Assembly (NCBI GenBank): GCA_963693365.1
Contig: CAVNZM010000053.1
Location: 1 to 26,605, forward strand
Source: Amoebidium appalachense
Lineage: Eukaryota > Protista > Ichthyosporea
Direction: 5' to 3'
Length of the DNA: 26,605 bases
Part shown: positions 23,666 through 26,605 of the stretch, one piece after another
Layout: every line of letters starts with the position of its first letter
Numbering within the stretch: the stretch's first letter is position 1
Notes under the pieces: generated by a model
Seen by the model: the letters and a program-made list of their open reading frames with translations, nothing else
Databases searched by the model: none
Told to the model about the DNA's origin: nothing
Position numbers and translations under genes: made by a program

Positions 23666-26253
23666 TCTTTCGCACTACACTTAGCCTTTCTACGCCGTCA
23701 CCACAACACACTTACCGACTTAACGTACACGAACTTAAAAGCCAGCGCGGCCAAGCAGACACTCGCTTCTTTTTCCAGACGGTGCAACCGAGTCTATTAT
23801 CGCTTGTGCGTGATGGACGCCAAACCCCGCTACGCACCGACCAGACCTTCATCGATAGCGTCTGGTCTACAGTACGAGAAACCTTGTGGGACATAGGTGG
23901 ATATGCCTGTTTAGGTGCCCAAGTTTACCCACAAGCACGAACTACACACACTCGCGGCCCTCGAGCGGAGGCTGCCTTACGTAAGCCTCTACCGTATCAC
24001 ATGCTATTGGGTAATATTCGGAAGATTGATCGCGGCGATCATTCGATTCGAATAACGGCCGACCCGTCATCCGACCCGGAATCTGCAACCGATTCCTTTT
24101 ACGGCACCCTGTTTAAACGTAACCCGACATGTACGGCCACGGACCTGGGGCAGGCGCCCCCTCCTGTTTTTGTTCCACCCTCCGACACACCACCACCACC
24201 ACACACGGCGTGGCCAGCGGGGCCGGCTGAGTTTGGGGCTGAATTGGGGGAACTTTTTACCCCAGATGCGGTATGGCAGTTAGTCTCCCGTTACCCGTCC
24301 CGCAAAGCGTGCGGGCCGGACGGCATCCCTATGGCACTACTTAAGGTACTCATCCCACCCCGACCCGAGAAAGACGAAAAGCGTGGCCCACCGCCACCAC
24401 TTACATGTATTCTTAGCGAGTTGTTTAGCTGGTATTCTGATGTCGGTAAAGTGCCCTCGGAGTGGCTAGCCACCTTAGTGTTTCCCATCAAGAAAACGGT
24501 TGCACAGGGTCCCATCCACGAATTTCGCCCTATCACCCTTACGTCCGTTTTTCGCCGATTATTCGAAAGTGGCCTTTTACAGGCCTTTTCCGGCCGTAAC
24601 CCCACCCTTAAGCAGGCTTCCCAGCTGAGCCCTCTTCAGGCGGCGTTTCGGCATCGACACTCATGTTACGCACAAATCCTCACTCTACATAATGCAACTC
24701 AAAGTGATACCGAGCACCTCGTATTTATCGATTTTAAGAACGCGTACGACACGGTCGACCTCCCTCCCCTGTGGGCCAAGTTGGCCACTCGCGGTGTCCC
24801 ATTCCAAATGGGTCGGCTACTGGAAGCTATGTTTACGTTTACACGCGGACGAGCTGTGGTTAATGGGCGGCTATCCCCAGGGTTTACCCGCACGCGCGGG
24901 GTACTTCAAGGGTCCCTGCTAAGTCCTCTTCTTTTCAACCTGTATATTGATGATTTAGCCGACACTCTTTCTGCGTCACAAATTGACGGGCGGTTGCCAT
25001 CCCAGGCTCCCCCCGCCCTCTTTTTTGCCGACGATATTGTGCTTATGTCATCCGATCCTCTCGAACTACGGCAATACATTCGTGTGGCTGAACATTGGTG
25101 CCAGCGCAACGATATGCAGATTAATGTCAAAAAGTGTGCCCTTTTATCAAAATCGATACCGGCATGGGACGACGTTTGTATCTTCGGCAGTCCCCTCCCT
25201 CGCCCAATCGAATACAAGTATTTGGGGATTCCGGTGGACGAATGGGGCATATGTTTCAAACGGATGATCGACCGTCGGGTGGAGAGTGCAGGCAGGTGTC
25301 TTCGGTTATTTAGGGATGTGTATCTTGCTACTCTTTCTCATACTGTCCACCTATACAATCGTCTTAGTATATTTCGCACATATATTCGCCCTTTGTCTGA
25401 ATACGGGTTGCCCTTACTAGCTATGGCACCCCCTGATACTGTTACTAATGTCCTCAAATCAATAGATGATTTCCACTATACAACTTGTTGTACGCTTCTC
25501 ACTGGTCTTTCCACACCTATCCCTAGACGCCTTTTTGATTCTCTCTACGCACTCACACCACCATCACAACGCGTACACGAATTAGCCCTTAAATTTCACG
25601 AGCACATCACCCGCCTGTCCGCTTGTGCCCCGGACCACCCGCTCTCCCCGCTACACGCATCCCCACCGGACTCGCCCCTCTACCTCTTCCCTTCCCCATC
25701 GTCTCTGCCCATTGCCGAGCGTTTTGTGGAATGGCTGGCGACCCCCCCGGAGGTACGGCTAGATCATAGTGTGAATATGAATAGTTTCAAGTCTATGGCT
25801 GATAGATATCTTTTTACTCTACGTGTTGAGTCCCTTCCGGTGTTAGGACCGCAAAAACACCAACTACTAGTAGCCTATATGGCGGATACGGTTAGAGAGT
25901 CTCGTTCATACATAGATTCGTTTATTCGTAATGTGGTGTGGTGTAAAAACGCAAAGATGATTATGGCTTGGCGGTGTAATCGGTTTCTGGTGTCTCCTGC
26001 TCGTATGTGTAATATGTGTGGGGGGCGGTTTACTCGCGGCTGCATATCTATCAATAAATGCAACCTGTTAGCTAATGTATTAGAACCGGAGGTTATTGGC
26101 GGTTTTATTCTCTTTTCTTCCTCTCTTCCTCAATATATCCGTTTTAAGATGACTATCCTAGATCACCTTATTTATGCTGCACAGTATGATATTGTGATCC
26201 GGTGCCTTAACTTTCTTTCGGAGCTACCGATGCTAGCCTCTGCTTACCCATAA
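23632..26253 (+). CDS. Non-LTR reverse transcriptase, second copy
   Basis: Frame open from 23632 (VHPPPSDHLPI...). RT motifs as in the left copy; differs by one extra Gly, V>L and D>E. Confidence 0.93.
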   Translation, partial: VHPPPSDHLPIVFRTTLSLSTPSPQHTYRLNVHELKSQRGQADTRFFFQTVQPSLLSLVRDGRQTPLRTDQTFIDSVWSTVRETLWDIGGYACLGAQVYPQARTTHTRGPRAEAALRKPLPYHMLLGNIRKIDRGDHSIRITADPSSDPESATDSFYGTLFKRNPTCTATDLGQAPPPVFVPPSDTPPPPHTAWPAGPAEFGAELGELFTPDAVWQLVSRYPSRKACGPDGIPMALLKVLIPPRPEKDEKRGPPPPLTCILSELFSWYSDVGKVPSEWLATLVFPIKKTVAQGPIHEFRPITLTSVFRRLFESGLLQAFSGRNPTLKQASQLSPLQAAFRHRHSCYAQILTLHNATQSDTEHLVFIDFKNAYDTVDLPPLWAKLATRGVPFQMGRLLEAMFTFTRGRAVVNGRLSPGFTRTRGVLQGSLLSPLLFNLYIDDLADTLSASQIDGRLPSQAPPALFFADDIVLMSSDPLELRQYIRVAEHWCQRNDMQINVKKCALLSKSIPAWDDVCIFGSPLPRPIEYKYLGIPVDEWGICFKRMIDRRVESAGRCLRLFRDVYLATLSHTVHLYNRLSIFRTYIRPLSEYGLPLLAMAPPDTVTNVLKSIDDFHYTTCCTLLTGLSTPIPRRLFDSLYALTPPSQRVHELALKFHEHITRLSACAPDHPLSPLHASPPDSPLYLFPSPSSLPIAERFVEWLATPPEVRLDHSVNMNSFKSMADRYLFTLRVESLPVLGPQKHQLLVAYMADTVRESRSYIDSFIRNVVWCKNAKMIMAWRCNRFLVSPARMCNMCGGRFTRGCISINKCNLLANVLEPEVIGGFILFSSSLPQYIRFKMTILDHLIYAAQYDIVIRCLNFLSELPMLASAYP

Positions 26254-26605
26254 TATGTAATAGGGGTGTCAGATACTACGATGGCGCTCATTGTTGCCTA
26301 GCATGTACATATGTCACTGGCTGCATTTGATTGGCTGTGCTGGAAAACGCAGTAGGCCGTCGAATGTGGCTGGGCCTCCGGCAGTGTCCACGCAATAAAA
26401 AGTGTGTAAACCTCCTTGGAATCTGAATGGCTAATTCTATGTAAGTGCGGTATTCGTTTTATTGGGATCGAATTCCATCTGCGTGCCGCAGAGCCTCTCG
26501 ACCAATCAATGCGGGGTTTGGATCGATTTTACATGTGCGGTGTACCTTCTCGACACATAAACAAACATATAACTCCTAAATTAATGCAGCAAAGAGCAGT
26601 TCAAG

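Larger units (their letters stand above)
21246..26605 (+). repeat. Right arm of the giant inverted repeat (continues beyond the window)
   Basis: Reverse complement of 502-5854. Confidence 0.95.

Overview
Eukaryotic, repeat-rich window with no recognisable host gene. (1) Two near-identical ~5.35-kb arms (502-5854 and ~21246-26605, the right one running off the window) form a giant inverted repeat. Each carries a non-LTR (LINE-type) ORF1 + APE endonuclease + reverse transcriptase cassette with the same two frameshifts, and each abuts the same end of an LTR-like sequence. (2) A 183-bp satellite array (6218-7525, 13840-~15305) with dimeric and trimeric higher-order structure is interrupted by a full-length Ngaro-type tyrosine-recombinase retrotransposon (7526-13839; split direct repeats, gag, RT/RNase H, YR). 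It is also bordered by the right end of a second Ngaro copy (5853-6217). (3) The Ngaro gag is split by an 862-bp TG...CA solo-LTR-like insertion with a 5-bp target duplication (ATCTC). A diverged copy of this LTR (20338-21270) lies directly upstream of the right LINE cassette, which raises the possibility of an LTR-bounded unit carrying a LINE-type RT. (4) There is ~3 kb of GT/GGGA/poly-G simple repeats and a ~1-kb AT-rich segment with ten perfect ATTG-N-CAAT palindromes. Short insertions and duplications that resemble transposon footprints recur across all elements.
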